DNA of 62,022 bases. Source: Dimargaris cristalligena (taxonomy: Eukaryota). The notes under the pieces are model-generated. The model searched no databases. It saw only the letters and a program-made list of their open reading frames with translations, and was not told where the DNA came from. Numbering within the stretch: the stretch's first letter is position 1; every line of letters begins with the position of its first letter. The translations under genes were made by a program, and so were the position numbers. Of this stretch, positions 13,355 to 26,813 are shown one piece after another. The stretch covers positions 1-62,022 of the forward strand of contig ML002240.1 of NCBI GenBank assembly GCA_003614675.1, in the 5' to 3' direction.

Positions 13355-14401
13355 AGCGATAGTACCGTCCATCACCATGTCGGCACTATTCCTTTTTAGT
13401 CACCCGCACTCTGCACCCCCTCCCTGCCATTCCTCGCCCGCATCGAACATCCCGCATAGCCACGGCCTTTGCGACGCACTCATGTCAATATCTCATGTAT
13501 TTCCAAGATTTTGTTTCACATTAGCACACTATCCCTTCATTTGTGTTATTCAGCGATGGCCCATTGTTTATTAGACTGTTGGCTATTTTTATGATCCGTT
13601 GATTTGCACTGCACCCCATTTTGCCCCACCGTCACCATCCCTTCAAGATGCACATATTTCCACCATAGCCTAACCGTCCAGACTGAGTTCGAGTTTACTA
13701 CATGTCGTTTGATAAATGACCTGTTTTTTTTACCAGACAGTACGGCTTGCCTTCTCCCAATTACAATCCCCATCTCTCCTTCACTTTAGCTGTACGGAAA
13801 AGCAATTGGCACTCTCCCACCCATGTTGTCCAATAAAAATGGGGAAACAAAAGCATCTACTGAACTCTGAACAGGAGGAAGGGACATAGGTTATCAGGAC
13901 CAAGTCTCACTCTCCCTTCATTAACAACTTCCTCGGTGTAAAATGGACCTTTTGACGGCGACTGTGCTGTGTGGAGCTGCGGTAGAAAGTATAGGCTATA
14001 CATGTAGTAGTAGCAGTTACGGTGATTTAAGGGGCAGTATAGCATCGATGAACATATACACCATGCCCAGCAAGCCAAGGGCCATTTCCCCGTAGTTGTG
14101 GCACATCATCACCGTTGTGGTCTGGTCTCTGGCAAGCGCCACAGGATGAGTCCCGAAGCCCATTCTCTTTTAGAGAGAGACGAGACGGCCTTTGACTTCT
14201 GATGTCCTTCTCTCCCTCTCTCTCTTTCTCTCTTTCCCTTTCTTTCCCGGTTCTTTCTTCGCTTTTTAAGTGACCTCCTCCCCCTTTGCTTCGGCCTTGC
14301 CATCCGACCTCTCCTCGATTGACGGTGTCTTCTTCCTGCTCCATCTCACTCTTTCCCGCTACCTTCCGGTTTACCCTTCTTACGTACACTTTCAGTTTCC
14401 A

Positions 14402-15550
14402 ATGGCCTCCCCCGCCCGCAAATCGAGTTTGAACCCGGACCACGGCTCTGGTATCCAGGGCTCTCCCAAACCACCTGGCTTGAGTGGTTCCCCCTCTATG
14501 AATGCCAGCCGTTTGGTCGGTAATTTCGGTGCATTCAATTTCGCGTCGTCGGCCGGCAGTCCCACCAGCCAGGTCAAGCGGCCGTCTTTCTCATCCCGAC
14601 CCGTGGTCGGTCCACCCGGCTTCCCCAGCCAGCCCCAGGGTCTGGGTCCCGGGAGTATGGCCCAAACTGGTCCCGGCCATTCCCAGGCCCATGTCCACCA
14701 ACACCACACTAACCATAATAGCCATAGCCATGTTCACCATAACAATAGTACGCATCCGAACGGCGGTGGTGCCCACCGGTCGCCCGCCCTTGGACCGACT
14801 TCCATGTCCTCCATGACTCCGTCCAGTGACAGCCAGGCGATCAGTGCGGCAGCCGCGGAGGCCACCGAGGCGGCCCGTAACCTGGTCAAGAGTGACCTGC
14901 CCCTCCAGAACCGCTGGGCATTCTGGCTCGATACGTTCAACTCCCAGCAGCACACCGCCAGCAACTACGAGCAGTTCCTCAAGACTGTCTGCCTGGTCGA
15001 TACCGTCCAGGGCTTCTGGGGGGCCGTCAACAACATGAAAGGTCCCGATAAGCTGGAGGTGCGCCAGAGCTACCACTTCATGAAGGAGGGTATCAAACCC
15101 ACTTGGGAAGACCCGCGTAACCAGAACGGCGGGTCCTATGTGTTCCGCATCAAAACGGCCCAGACCCCGGAAGTGTGGCGCGATCTCCTGATGCTACTGG
15201 TTGGCGAACAGCTCCAGGACTGTATTTCCAGCCGGGACGAGATTTGCGGAGTGTCGGTGAGCCGCCGTTGGAATACCGATTTGTTCCAGATTTGGCACGG
15301 GAATATCCTGGAGCAGACCCCCAACGTCATGGCGTTCCTGCGGCAGTACCTGAAGGTCGAGGTTCAGTCGCCGTACTACAAGGCCCATAAGGATCATAGC
15401 CACTTTAAGACCCAGTCGAATGAATCATCGACGGCCTCGACGCCCGTGAACTCGTCGTTCCCCAACCCCACCCCTGTGACCGGGACTAACCCGCCCGTTT
15501 CCACCGGGTCGACCCATTCGCAGCCGTCGGGTTCGTCCGAGTCGCAATAA
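14402..15550 (+). CDS. Translation initiation factor eIF4E family cap-binding protein, class III (eIF4E3)-like, with long low-complexity N-terminus
   Basis: Motifs LPLQNRWAFWLD, TVQGFW, SYHFMKEGIKPTWEDPRNQNGG, LLVGEQL, DEICGVSVS, FQIW; first ATG at 14402. Confidence 0.92.
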   Translation: MASPARKSSLNPDHGSGIQGSPKPPGLSGSPSMNASRLVGNFGAFNFASSAGSPTSQVKRPSFSSRPVVGPPGFPSQPQGLGPGSMAQTGPGHSQAHVHQHHTNHNSHSHVHHNNSTHPNGGGAHRSPALGPTSMSSMTPSSDSQAISAAAAEATEAARNLVKSDLPLQNRWAFWLDTFNSQQHTASNYEQFLKTVCLVDTVQGFWGAVNNMKGPDKLEVRQSYHFMKEGIKPTWEDPRNQNGGSYVFRIKTAQTPEVWRDLLMLLVGEQLQDCISSRDEICGVSVSRRWNTDLFQIWHGNILEQTPNVMAFLRQYLKVEVQSPYYKAHKDHSHFKTQSNESSTASTPVNSSFPNPTPVTGTNPPVSTGSTHSQPSGSSESQ

Positions 15551-16445
15551 TCACTGGTCCTAGATCGACGCGACTGCGGTGTGAACCCGCTGCCTTTCCA
15601 CACTTGTTTAGGTCACCCTTTATTTATTATTTTATGCACCACTGACCTCCCGAACCGATTAAGCTGGGGCTGATGTTTAGGCTGGAAGTTGGTAAACGAA
15701 TATCGGGCTAGGCCTATTCGTCGCGGAGGATTTCCATCGTTAACTGTCTATCGGAGTGTTTCGCCCTGTACTGGATAATCTCCCTCATGCCGATATCCTC
15801 TTACCAATTGGCGAATACGTGGGTTGAAGATCTACTTACTCCAATAGCCCACGTGGTTTCACCCCATGAACAACCCTGCTGCTCCTTGTGAGAGAGATAT
15901 CTTTGCATTCGTGGTATCAGCCTAACCCTATGACCAGCCCAGTCCGCCTTAATTATCGCTTCGTATTCGCATATCCCTTTAGTTCTCTCTCTCTCTCTCT
16001 CTCCCTCACCTGTCCCAAGGCCTATGCCCCATTCCAACTGATCATACTTTGGACAATCACCTTTGTTCTCCAGCTCCTTATAGTGTGTCTAACTTTGCCA
16101 TTTTCCCTATTCAGTTTATTCCCTTGCTCCCCCCTCTCTAATGTTACCCCTCCCCGACGCAAAGTCGATTTTTAGGGTGGAGGAGAGGTGCTCTGGGTCG
16201 CTCTTCCTTCACAAGTGCCATGTATTTTTCCCCTCCTCCTCCTCTCCGCCCCTTTCTTCCACCTGCCCCCCCACCACCTATGTTGCTTTCATGGGATTTC
16301 TCTATATCCGCATCACCATTTTTAAATAGCAATTCATTTTTTTAAAGCTAAATTATATACGTTCAACTGAAACTGACCTAGCTAAACGCCTAAAATATAG
16401 TGGTGGTAGTGATCGTTGAGGGAAGTTGGTGAATTATTTCGATAT

Positions 16446-16581
16446 GGGAAAGATTCAACCAGGCTGTATAACATAAAATCCGTTGGATGAGGCAAATAGT
16501 ATTGGTTAATAATGAATCTCCCGCACATTTCCTCATATGCCTACCATTTAAACGCTTATACAGTTGGGCCGAATTTCACCC
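16446..16581 (-). mobile_element. MITE-like element, copy C (reverse orientation relative to the copies at 31.5 kb)
   Basis: Imperfect terminal inverted repeats GGGAAAGATTCAACCAGGCTGTATAA ... TTATACAGTTGGGCCGAATTTCACCC, flanked by ATAT on both sides; internal sequence resembles the reverse complement of 31486-31753. Confidence 0.7.
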
Positions 16582-16942
16582 ATATCGTCAACGCATAGAT
16601 TTATTTCACATGGCTGTGGATATTATATTGCATAGTGGGGTAAAAAGAGACCATTCCCAGCTGCTATAGGGCAGGATTGATGGGGCCAACTGATTACTGC
16701 GTCCCCTACGATTGTATGCGCATATAATTGAGTGAGGGGAGGGGCTTCCTCAGCTTTTCTACCAACACCCCTTGAATGAGTTGGTTGGGACTGTCTATCT
16801 CACCTCCCTACCCTAACCAATTGGACTAACCACAACTTTACACTATTGTTTCTGGTTTCCGTCGCTAGAGCCACCCTGCTTATAATTCAAATTGCCACCT
16901 TTCCCCCCTCTTCAACACACCCCTTGAACATTCCCGTTTACC

Positions 16943-18272
16943 ATGCGCAGAATTAGCAACCTAGCCAGATGCATTCAGCACGGGTCAGCGAACCCATTCC
17001 GCCTTAACAGTCACCAGGGTGCTCTAAGTTCAACCGGAGCGGGCATGCGTGCAAGTAACCTGACTCACCGTGCCCTCCATACCTCAGCCGGGGTCTGGAA
17101 CACCGCCGACCAACCACCCGCCACGCCTACACCTAGCGAAGCGGAGACTTCCCCTTCAGCGGCCGCCAAACGCATTAAAATATACACCAAAACGGGCGAT
17201 AAAGGCACGTCTTCCCTGTTCACGGGGGAGCGACGCCCCAAGGACGACGAAGTGTTCGAGGCGCTGGGTGCAACGGATGAACTGACCAGTGCGCTGGGAC
17301 TCGCCAAGGAGTACGGGAAACAGGGCGATTTGGAACTGATTGAGCGTTTGGAAAAGGTAATAATCACCGTCACTGGTTTAAAGGATAAAGATTGAACCGC
17401 TTTGGCTTACTAGCGTGTAATTTGGCCGCACCCTTACCCAAACCTTTAGCTGGGTCCCAAATGAGTCGGTTGTGGTATAGGCTAAGCTATGTTAGGCGGT
17501 TATAGTCTCTGGGGATATACCCCCCCCCTCCTAGTTGTACATATACTTACTGAAGCACATTTTATCGCTTGTGAACTGCACCTAAAATACACTCATGTCA
17601 TCAGATCCAATGCTGTATCCAGGACATCGGCTCAAATGTCGCCACTCCGCGCACCTCAGCCAACGAGGCCCGCCTAAACCGGACAGAGTTTGATCCGCAA
17701 GGCGAATTGATTGCGGAGATGGAAGGGTGGATCGATGAAATGGACGGCCGGCTGCCTCCCTTGCGGAATTTTATCATCCCTGTAAGTACAGGACCTCTAT
17801 TCTATAACTACACTTATGCTGACAGTCCACTTATAGTAATTTAAGTCCTGGGTAATGGAATGCCCACTAACCGACTTGGCAAGTCTTGCGCATTTATATT
17901 TACCTTGTAGTCGGGGGGCTTGCCTAGCACCAGCCTGCATGTTGCGCGCTCGATTTGCCGGCGCGCCGAACGTCGAGTGGTCCCGCTAGTCCAGCAACAG
18001 ATGGCGGATGCCAGTGTCGGACGGTACTTAAACCGGTAAGCGACCCTATGTTATTTGGATAGTGTTTGATTCATATTCCACATGTTGATTCGATGGGATT
18101 TTAACTTATATTATATATATATATATATATGCCATACCTCTGTTGCTCGGGCCTAACTAGGCTGAGCGACTTTTTGTTCACAACGGCACGCTACTCCGCC
18201 ATGAAGATGGGCGAAATTGAAACCATCTACCGCCGGCCCCGGGGAAAGAAAAATACGGAGATCGATGAATAG
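16943..18272 (+). CDS. MMAB: Mitochondrial ATP:cob(I)alamin adenosyltransferase (PduO type); exons 16943-17356, 17605-17781, 17911-18035, 18161-18272
   Basis: [78 protein letters not shown]; Arg/Ser-rich presequence; in-frame GT-AG junctions. Confidence 0.95.
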
Positions 18273-18516
18273 AGATTGTATTGCAGATCCTTCGCTTCAC
18301 CCGCCTTCCCTGGGCTATTCCCTGATCCATAGTATAAAGGCCACCACCGATGCTCTACTATTAGGTTATGTATCCCATCCCCACACGTTATTCCGCCTCG
18401 CAGTCTATTGAAATGTGGTACAACGGCCTTTGCTTCTATTTTTATTATTAATAATAAAATGATATGATATGGTAAGAAAGATAATATAAGCCTACCAAAT
18501 GGATATATATATATTC

Positions 18517-18957
18517 TTAGTGAACCACCTTGACACCCACCGACCGTGCCGACCCAATAATCGATTTACAGATCTTGTATAAATCGACACTGACCATACT
18601 GGGGTCGTTCTTCTTAATCTTGGCAATTTCATAGATGTGCTTCAATGAAATGGTCCCCACCGTTTCCTGGCCGGGATTCGTGGCGCCCTTGGTGACTCCG
18701 GCGGCCCGCAGCAGCAAATAACTGGTCGGGGGCGGCTTGACCACAAAGGTAAACGTCCGGTCGGGCTTGATGTTGATGATCACGGGGGTGGGGGTTAAAG
18801 GGGTGGTATTCTTGGTGCGGTCGTTGAATTGTTTGCAAAAATCCATGGACTTGACACCACGCTGACCGAGGGCGGGACCGACGGGTGGGGAAGGCGTGGC
18901 TTTGCCGGCGGGGACGATCAGCCGGAGGAGGGAGGCGGCGGTTTTGAGATTGGACAT
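18517..18957 (-). CDS. MRPL11: Mitochondrial ribosomal protein uL11m
   Basis: RLIVPAGKATPSPPVGPALGQRGVKSMDFCKQFN, FTFVVKPPPTSYLL and ISLKHIYEIAKIK are uL11 signatures. Confidence 0.95.
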   Translation of the reverse strand: MSNLKTAASLLRLIVPAGKATPSPPVGPALGQRGVKSMDFCKQFNDRTKNTTPLTPTPVIINIKPDRTFTFVVKPPPTSYLLLRAAGVTKGATNPGQETVGTISLKHIYEIAKIKKNDPSMVSVDLYKICKSIIGSARSVGVKVVH

Positions 18958-20241
18958 GGTGATGGAAAGGAAGGAGGGGGTGGTCTACTACTAACGGTCG
19001 AGAGGGTGGTGGTGGGTGATGGGCTCTGTCTAGGCTAGGGCGGCGGGAGAAGGGCTATGTTGCAGGCGGTCCGTATGCGAGGGAGGGGAGGGTGTGGGCT
19101 GCGGGGAAATCGGTAGTATGTGGGGATAAAGTTGATCCTGGGGAATAGGGGAGGGGATGGAGGGGGAGATCTCTAAATGAGTTTAGAAGAAATAACGAAG
19201 GGCAGAAGGGCGGCTGCTCAGCGGGGGAATAGCGGTAACTGGAAAGGCAGGTTGTTGGTTAGTAGTATAGGTCGAGAGAATGCGTGAATCTCGTTCTGTC
19301 CTATTTCATAGTTTGGTAATCCCCCTCTTCCCTCTCTTCTATACCTTTTACCTCACCTCTTTCCTCCAGGCGCATCCCCCACCATTACAGTAATTGACCA
19401 CGGCTAATATACCTAGGCCATTTAGTCGCTGCCTTAATAAGGTCACGTGGAGCATAATGTACCTTCCCTCCCCCCACACATTACTAGCAACCTACCTGCC
19501 TATATATACCACTCACACATTGGACGGAGAAGGGTCCTTACTAAATATCTGACTTGGCAGTGGAGATAAAACACAGAAATATCTGGGATTAAAAGAGCAA
19601 AGTGGTCGAGTTACTACAAACTAGGCTATTTGTCTGATATTGCAAAAACAGCTGTAAAAACTGCCGGAATAGAGGAGCGGTAACATGGACACTCTCACTG
19701 TAGGAATGCACGTAAGGAGACTATAATAATAGCACACAAGGCGATGTAAAAAACGTATGAAAATGAAAACGATAATAATCAACGAAGCCCCCTTTAACCC
19801 CAGTACCGTCGCACAGGAACACCACATAAGCGCCCACAAGACCAGCGGTGGAGAACAACTAGAGACGAAGCCCACAGTTAATAGGCGGGGTGCCACAACC
19901 CCACTCCACCGCTGGTCATGCTTTACTTTCAACTTTGGCTTGGCTTGGCTTAGGTTTGACAGGGCTGGTGGTGGTAGTTATGCCCCTCCTCCCCCCTCTC
20001 TGTATGCGCTACTCTTTATAATAACCCCTCTCACCCTTTCTCTTTCATTACCCCCGTTTCACCTCACTTCACTTCACTTCATTCCATTCCATTCGGCAAC
20101 CCCACAACTCTGTCTCTATTATTTTCTAAGTTAGAGCCGCCCTAAAATTGGCACCGTACCGTCGTCTCCCTGCGACTCCTCCCCCTACCAACCACCCCCG
20201 CATTCCCCTCACCTTTTCCACCCCCTTAACCTCGGTTCACT

Positions 20242-20856
20242 ATGGGTAGCTTCGCCATCGTATGGGTCGGCCTCGTTTTCGTGGCCCTGTCCGGCATCAG
20301 CTTCTACGTCATCCCCAAGACCTGGGACCAAACGTAAGTTAAACCTAGCCAAGACATAGTATATACTGCAATTGTAAACCAAATTAAAAGGCAGCGGGGG
20401 AGTTATAGGCATCTCCCGCCCACCCTCAACGCGCCTGTGTGAGTACCATGCCCTTCCCTTTAGTAGACGGGGTCACCTCAGACGAACGACCCCGACTGGT
20501 AACTAACCTTAACTTGAGCCGCGCTGTTCCCGGATACCTCCACTTCCGACCTACGTTACCTTATTGCTTCGACTTCCCTAGGCTGTGGAGAACCTGTCTT
20601 ATCATGACCTATGTCTGTGTCTATTTAATGTAAGTGATACTATACATGCTGAACCATGAAATGAAGTCATTTTACCAAGGTGATAATTACACCTACACCT
20701 ACATCCCCATAACCATTTCTCGCAAATGTCCTAAAACCCTCTATCCCGGATTATATCTTATTATGCATTCTCGTTCCTAGGTGGGCCGTCACCTACATGG
20801 CTCAGCTCCACCCCCTTATCGCCCCCCAGCGATCCGACCTCAAGATTGAGCACTAA
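20242..20856 (+). CDS. VMA9: V-type ATPase V0 subunit e; exons 20242-20333, 20582-20629, 20781-20856 (71 aa)
   Basis: Spliced product MGSFAIVWVGLVFVALSGISFYVIPKTWDQTLWRTCLIMTYVCVYLMWAVTYMAQLHPLIAPQRSDLKIEH, with the subunit-e motif YLMWAxTYxAQLHPLIxP. Confidence 0.93.
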
Positions 20857-21295
20857 AAAACCACCAAACTGCCTCCGCTGCCGTACTCTCCGCTTTCTAT
20901 TAAAAAAACACCCCCAAGTTTACACACTGAAGTTCCTCTTCCCGCATCTCTCTCCGTAATGGCGAATAGACCCTTTAGTCTTATTCTTTTTGATGACCTT
21001 TCTTATCCCTATTTCCCCCGGTCCTATTTATGACATGGCTCCTTAACCGTAACTGTATTACCAGTAAAGTATGTTTTCCTTATAGATATATATATAGATA
21101 TATATAGAACTGACTGAATTTAGGTTGAGGTGTTTGCTGCGATAACATATATCGACATCTCGGCCTACAAGTAGGAATACTGCTATGTAGTGTTGGCTGC
21201 CACAGTAAGCTAAGGGTTATTATAAACTGATTGGCCATATTGGATCAGCCATGGAACACGCCTTTGTTCAATCGGCCATCTTGGGGAGGGAGGCA

Positions 21296-23034
<1,739 letters not shown>

Positions 23035-23776
23035 GGTGAGGGAATGAGGGGTCGGAGAACGACTGTTGGGGAAGTTGGGGTTAGTTATTACTACTGACCA
23101 GGAATTGGTAGAAAGTAGTGCGTCCTGGTGAAACACTGGGTCGGTGGGTAAATACGGAAATGCCGAAGTGAAAAAGGGAGCAGGGGAAATGCTTCGACGT
23201 ACAAGGCCTCGAATGGGGGGAAGGGGGTATGCTGAGCGGCCAATTCCAATAGCGACGAGCAGGAGGTGTAGTAAAAGGGGTTTCTTTAGTAACGATGTGC
23301 AAGTGGGTTTGGGAATACCAGGAGGAGGACGAGGAGAAGGTGGGGGGAGGGTGGTAGGTAGGTTAGTCTGGGGCTAACTTCGACGGCCTCTTCTATTCCC
23401 CCAAGGTTCACGGTGTCGACATCCCCCCCCCTCCCCATTCGCTTCGACTATTAGTCTAGTCGTACAACCTGCGCTACACGATTTCCTTCGACCAGTTGAC
23501 CACTTCGTACCCCAGACATACTACACACCACCCCGCTAACGCTCATTCCTCTCTAGTATTACCCTCGTTAGTATAGTTTACCAAGCGCCCCGTCACTGAC
23601 TCTAATTACGCTACCCAGACCTTCTTCGCCCTTGCACGATTCCATTCATTCGCACCACACTTTTACAGTACCTCTTGTAATATACACTAGACTATATCTG
23701 TTTTTTATAGAAAAAATATACGATTTTCCCCAAAACGTGACCTCCATTCCCCCACTCCGATACCCTCCCATTCGCC

Positions 23777-24713
23777 ATGAAGATCGAGAAGGCTTTCGGA
23801 CCTCTGTTAAGCAACTATGAGGTACTGGCGCTGCTGAAGGAGCAAGAGACGTACCAGAAAACCCAGTCGAAACTTGACCCCATCGCCACCAGCAACCTAC
23901 TCACCGTCCAGTTCGAGGTAAGTTCTAAAGCGCGCGCACCTAGGTCTAGGTTATGGAGTATAATACATATTTACGGTCGAGCGCCGAAGAGGGAAGTGAT
24001 GGTGGTTACCCCAAAGTTGATTAATCAGGCCCATAGGTCTCGAACGATCTTTACTAATGTTACTAATTTATCTTTGGTTGATCTGGTTGGCATTCCAATA
24101 ATGTCACTGATCAATTGCCAACTTTTACCATCAAAACCCGGCTTACCCAGACCCTCAAATTCCTCAATGAAAGCCCCGCTTCTGTACAAACGCCGGATGC
24201 TCTTCAACAGTATATGGAAGCCATGAAGGACTGGAAACTTACCAAGGCCGAGAAACTCCAGATTTTGAACCTGCGGCCCAAATCGGCCGTCGAGTTATTA
24301 ATTGTAAGTTCCGTGCCTTATAGCGGGGGATTCGACAATCTAATTACTAGACAGCCCACTCACGTCACTCGCCTGACTAAGTACTGTTGTATACGAATAG
24401 TAGATATATCCTAAACTACGGGGCTATTACCGTGCTCTAATTCGACAATATACTTTGCTTGCACTATGATTTACCACTGTACGCGTTGCCATCTACGTAT
24501 GTGCATGGTCTGGGCGCGTTAATTTTGATATATATATAGCTAATTGAAGAGTGTGAAGAACGATTTACCGTCGAACAGCTCGAGGATATCCTCGGTATCG
24601 TCGAGCAGACTCTACCCTACTACGGAGCCGAAGAAGACGCCGAGATGCAGGATCAAGAACAACCCGTAGAAGAAGAGACCACTGAGGAGCAGGTGGTAGT
24701 CGACGTGGTTTAG
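23777..24713 (+). CDS. RPC17: RNA polymerase III subunit Rpc17/RPC9 (CRCP); exons 23777-23917, 24151-24303, 24540-24713
   Basis: LLSNYEVL, NLLTVQFE, LTKAEKLQILNLRP, LIEECEERF; acidic tail. Confidence 0.92.
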
Positions 24714-25148
24714 CCATATTCCCGGAAACTAGACTTATGTTCAGTTGACAAGTCATTAATTTTTGTAACCGTGTTGGTTTGGTGGCTTTGCTATCTCTTT
24801 AACCCCTTTATTCACTGAATATAACGTCTTTCTGTTGAGTCCAGGCCTGGTCCATATGATTAAAATACAATAATTCAAACAGTTATCTTGTAAAGTGGTA
24901 TCTTTTATTGTGAATAATAGTGGGTTGCTTATAATTTGTATAGTAGTAATATGGCGTAGATTCCTAGTTGGAACTGCGAAAGGAGTTGAAGATATTCTAA
25001 GTAGTCGGTTCTATTGTGGGGCGTTTGTCAATCTGAACCAGTGGCTCCTTCCTAGTGGACTCATTCAGTCAATCAATAGGACCAGCAGATGTGGAAATAC
25101 GCGCTTTGACACGTAACTTGGCAGGGGTGCTGCATAGTTGGCCTACCC

Positions 25149-25345
25149 ATCACGTGATTAACCAATATTCCGCTATCCCTCCTAAACCACCCATCCAATG
25201 AAACCTTCCCATTTCGGACGAGGGCGATAAAGATATTTCACATAAAAAAATCCAATGAAAAAAAAAACCACTCCTTTGAAAAAAAATAGTGGAGAGGGAG
25301 GGGGCGATATGGGCGCAGAAGCCAACGGCTTCCCTCTAGTATAAA
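25149..25345 (+). promoter_or_regulatory. Putative Pol II promoter of the snoRNA host gene
   Basis: Palindromic ATCACGTGAT (25149-25158), three CCAAT boxes (25162, 25195, 25252) and TATAAA (25340-25345) directly upstream of the intron array. Confidence 0.5.
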
Positions 25346-25612
25346 GCGGGTATCAATTAGCGCCGGTAATTGCTACCTATCATTCTTTCCATTTATTCAT
25401 TTATCCACTAACATATTATCTGGCCTAGTTCCTTGGAACATGGCCCAGTTAACTTGTTTGCGGTATCTTGGTTTCCTTTTATTATTTATTAGCGGGGTAT
25501 ACATGTGTGTGTTGCTCCTATGTATGTTTCGTCTTGAACCATTAGGGTCGATTATCAATTAAAGTAAGTCACGTCGCAGTTTAGTATCCCTTTGCTATAC
25601 GATGGTACTTTA

Positions 25613-25701
25613 CAGTATCAATGAGGACTGATGCCGCCCCAGGCAGATAACCGCCTATATAGGAGTGTTGAAATTTTGCATCCACAATCTGACTCATACT
25701 G
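25613..25701 (+). ncRNA. snR67: Box C/D snoRNA, snR67/SNORD31-type, copy 1 (type A)
   Basis: C box ATGAGGA 25621; guide TGCCGCCCCAG; D' CAGA; C' GTGTTGA; D box CTGA 25689; terminal stem CAGTAT/ATACTG. Confidence 0.88.
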
Positions 25702-25914
25702 GTTCCATCACAAGTGATTGTTTAATTCTGAGCAATTTGAAGGAAAGCGTCAAGAGCAATAACTAATCAACTAGCTGTTCAATTGTATCGCACATTTGGT
25801 ATTATTGCTTTACTCTGCAAATAGTAAACGTCTTTAGGTTGAACTTCTACTTGTAATATTATATAAAAGGTAAGCCCTTTTCCCAACTCCCACGCGATTA
25901 AGCGATGTCATTTG

Positions 25915-26005
25915 AAAGTATCAATGAGGACTGATGCCGCCCCAGGCAGACAAAAGCCTATATAGGAGTGTTGAAATTTTGCATCCATTATCTGATCCAT
26001 ACTTT
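25915..26005 (+). ncRNA. snR67: Box C/D snoRNA, snR67/SNORD31-type, copy 2 (type B)
   Basis: C box 25924; same guide, D' and C'; D box CTGA 25992; terminal stem AAAGTAT/ATACTTT. Confidence 0.88.
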
Positions 26006-26232
26006 ATTCATTGCGCTTGAACTATTAGTCAACTTGACTATATTTACACTCAAACATTTGGCCATTGACTAATCGATTCGTTATTCTGTTTTTATTTGTG
26101 GATTGTTACGGTCAGCGGGTTAGATTTTTAGGATGATTCTGATTGTATTACGATATTTGTTCTATTCGGGTTTAATTATTATGTAAGTCACTTCGCAGTT
26201 CAGTTCCGCCTTGTTATGCGATGGTGCTTTAA

Positions 26233-26319
26233 AGTATCAATGAGGACTGATGCCGCCCCAGGCAGATAACCGCCTATATAGGAGTGTTGAAATTTTGCAT
26301 CCACAATCTGACTCATACT
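26233..26319 (+). ncRNA. snR67: Box C/D snoRNA, snR67/SNORD31-type, copy 3 (type A)
   Basis: C box 26240; D box 26308; core identical to copy 1; terminal stem AGTAT/ATACT. Confidence 0.88.
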
Positions 26320-26518
26320 GGTTCCATCGCGAGTGATTGGTTAATTATGGACAATTTGAACGAAATCGTCATGGAGACTAACTAATCAACCGGGTATTAA
26401 CTTGTATCGTACATTGGTGTTCTTTGTGAATAGTAGATCCGATTAGGTTAGTACTCTACTTGTAACCTTATAAAAAGGTAAGCCTTTCCTCAATGTCCCT
26501 TAATTGAACGGTGCTGTT

Positions 26519-26613
26519 TGAGAGTATCAATGAGGACTGATGTCGCCCCAGGCAGATCGAAGCCTATTTAGGAGTGTTGAAATTTTGCATCCATTATCTG
26601 ATCCATACTCTCA
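26519..26613 (+). ncRNA. snR67: Box C/D snoRNA, snR67/SNORD31-type, copy 4 (type B)
   Basis: C box 26530; guide TGTCGCCCCAG (C-to-T change gives a G-U wobble); D box 26598; 9-bp terminal stem TGAGAGTAT/ATACTCTCA. Confidence 0.87.
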
Positions 26614-26813
26614 CCGGGAATAGTTGTAGAGTGCTCGTTTTGAGTATTTTATCCTTAAGATCCATTATTAACCAATATTCACCTAATGATATATTTATGA
26701 TCCATCAATGGTTAGTGTTACAGATTGTAAATACATCACCTCGATTGGTACTCAGCGCAGTGTACTTAATTGTAAGTATTTTTTTGCCAATACATTTATA
26801 ATGCACGGTTTTC

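Noticed and set aside
26574-26801. 75-aa ORF within the snoRNA array
   Set aside because: Non-ATG start inside snoRNA copy 4, crosses predicted splice sites, AT-rich and without homology
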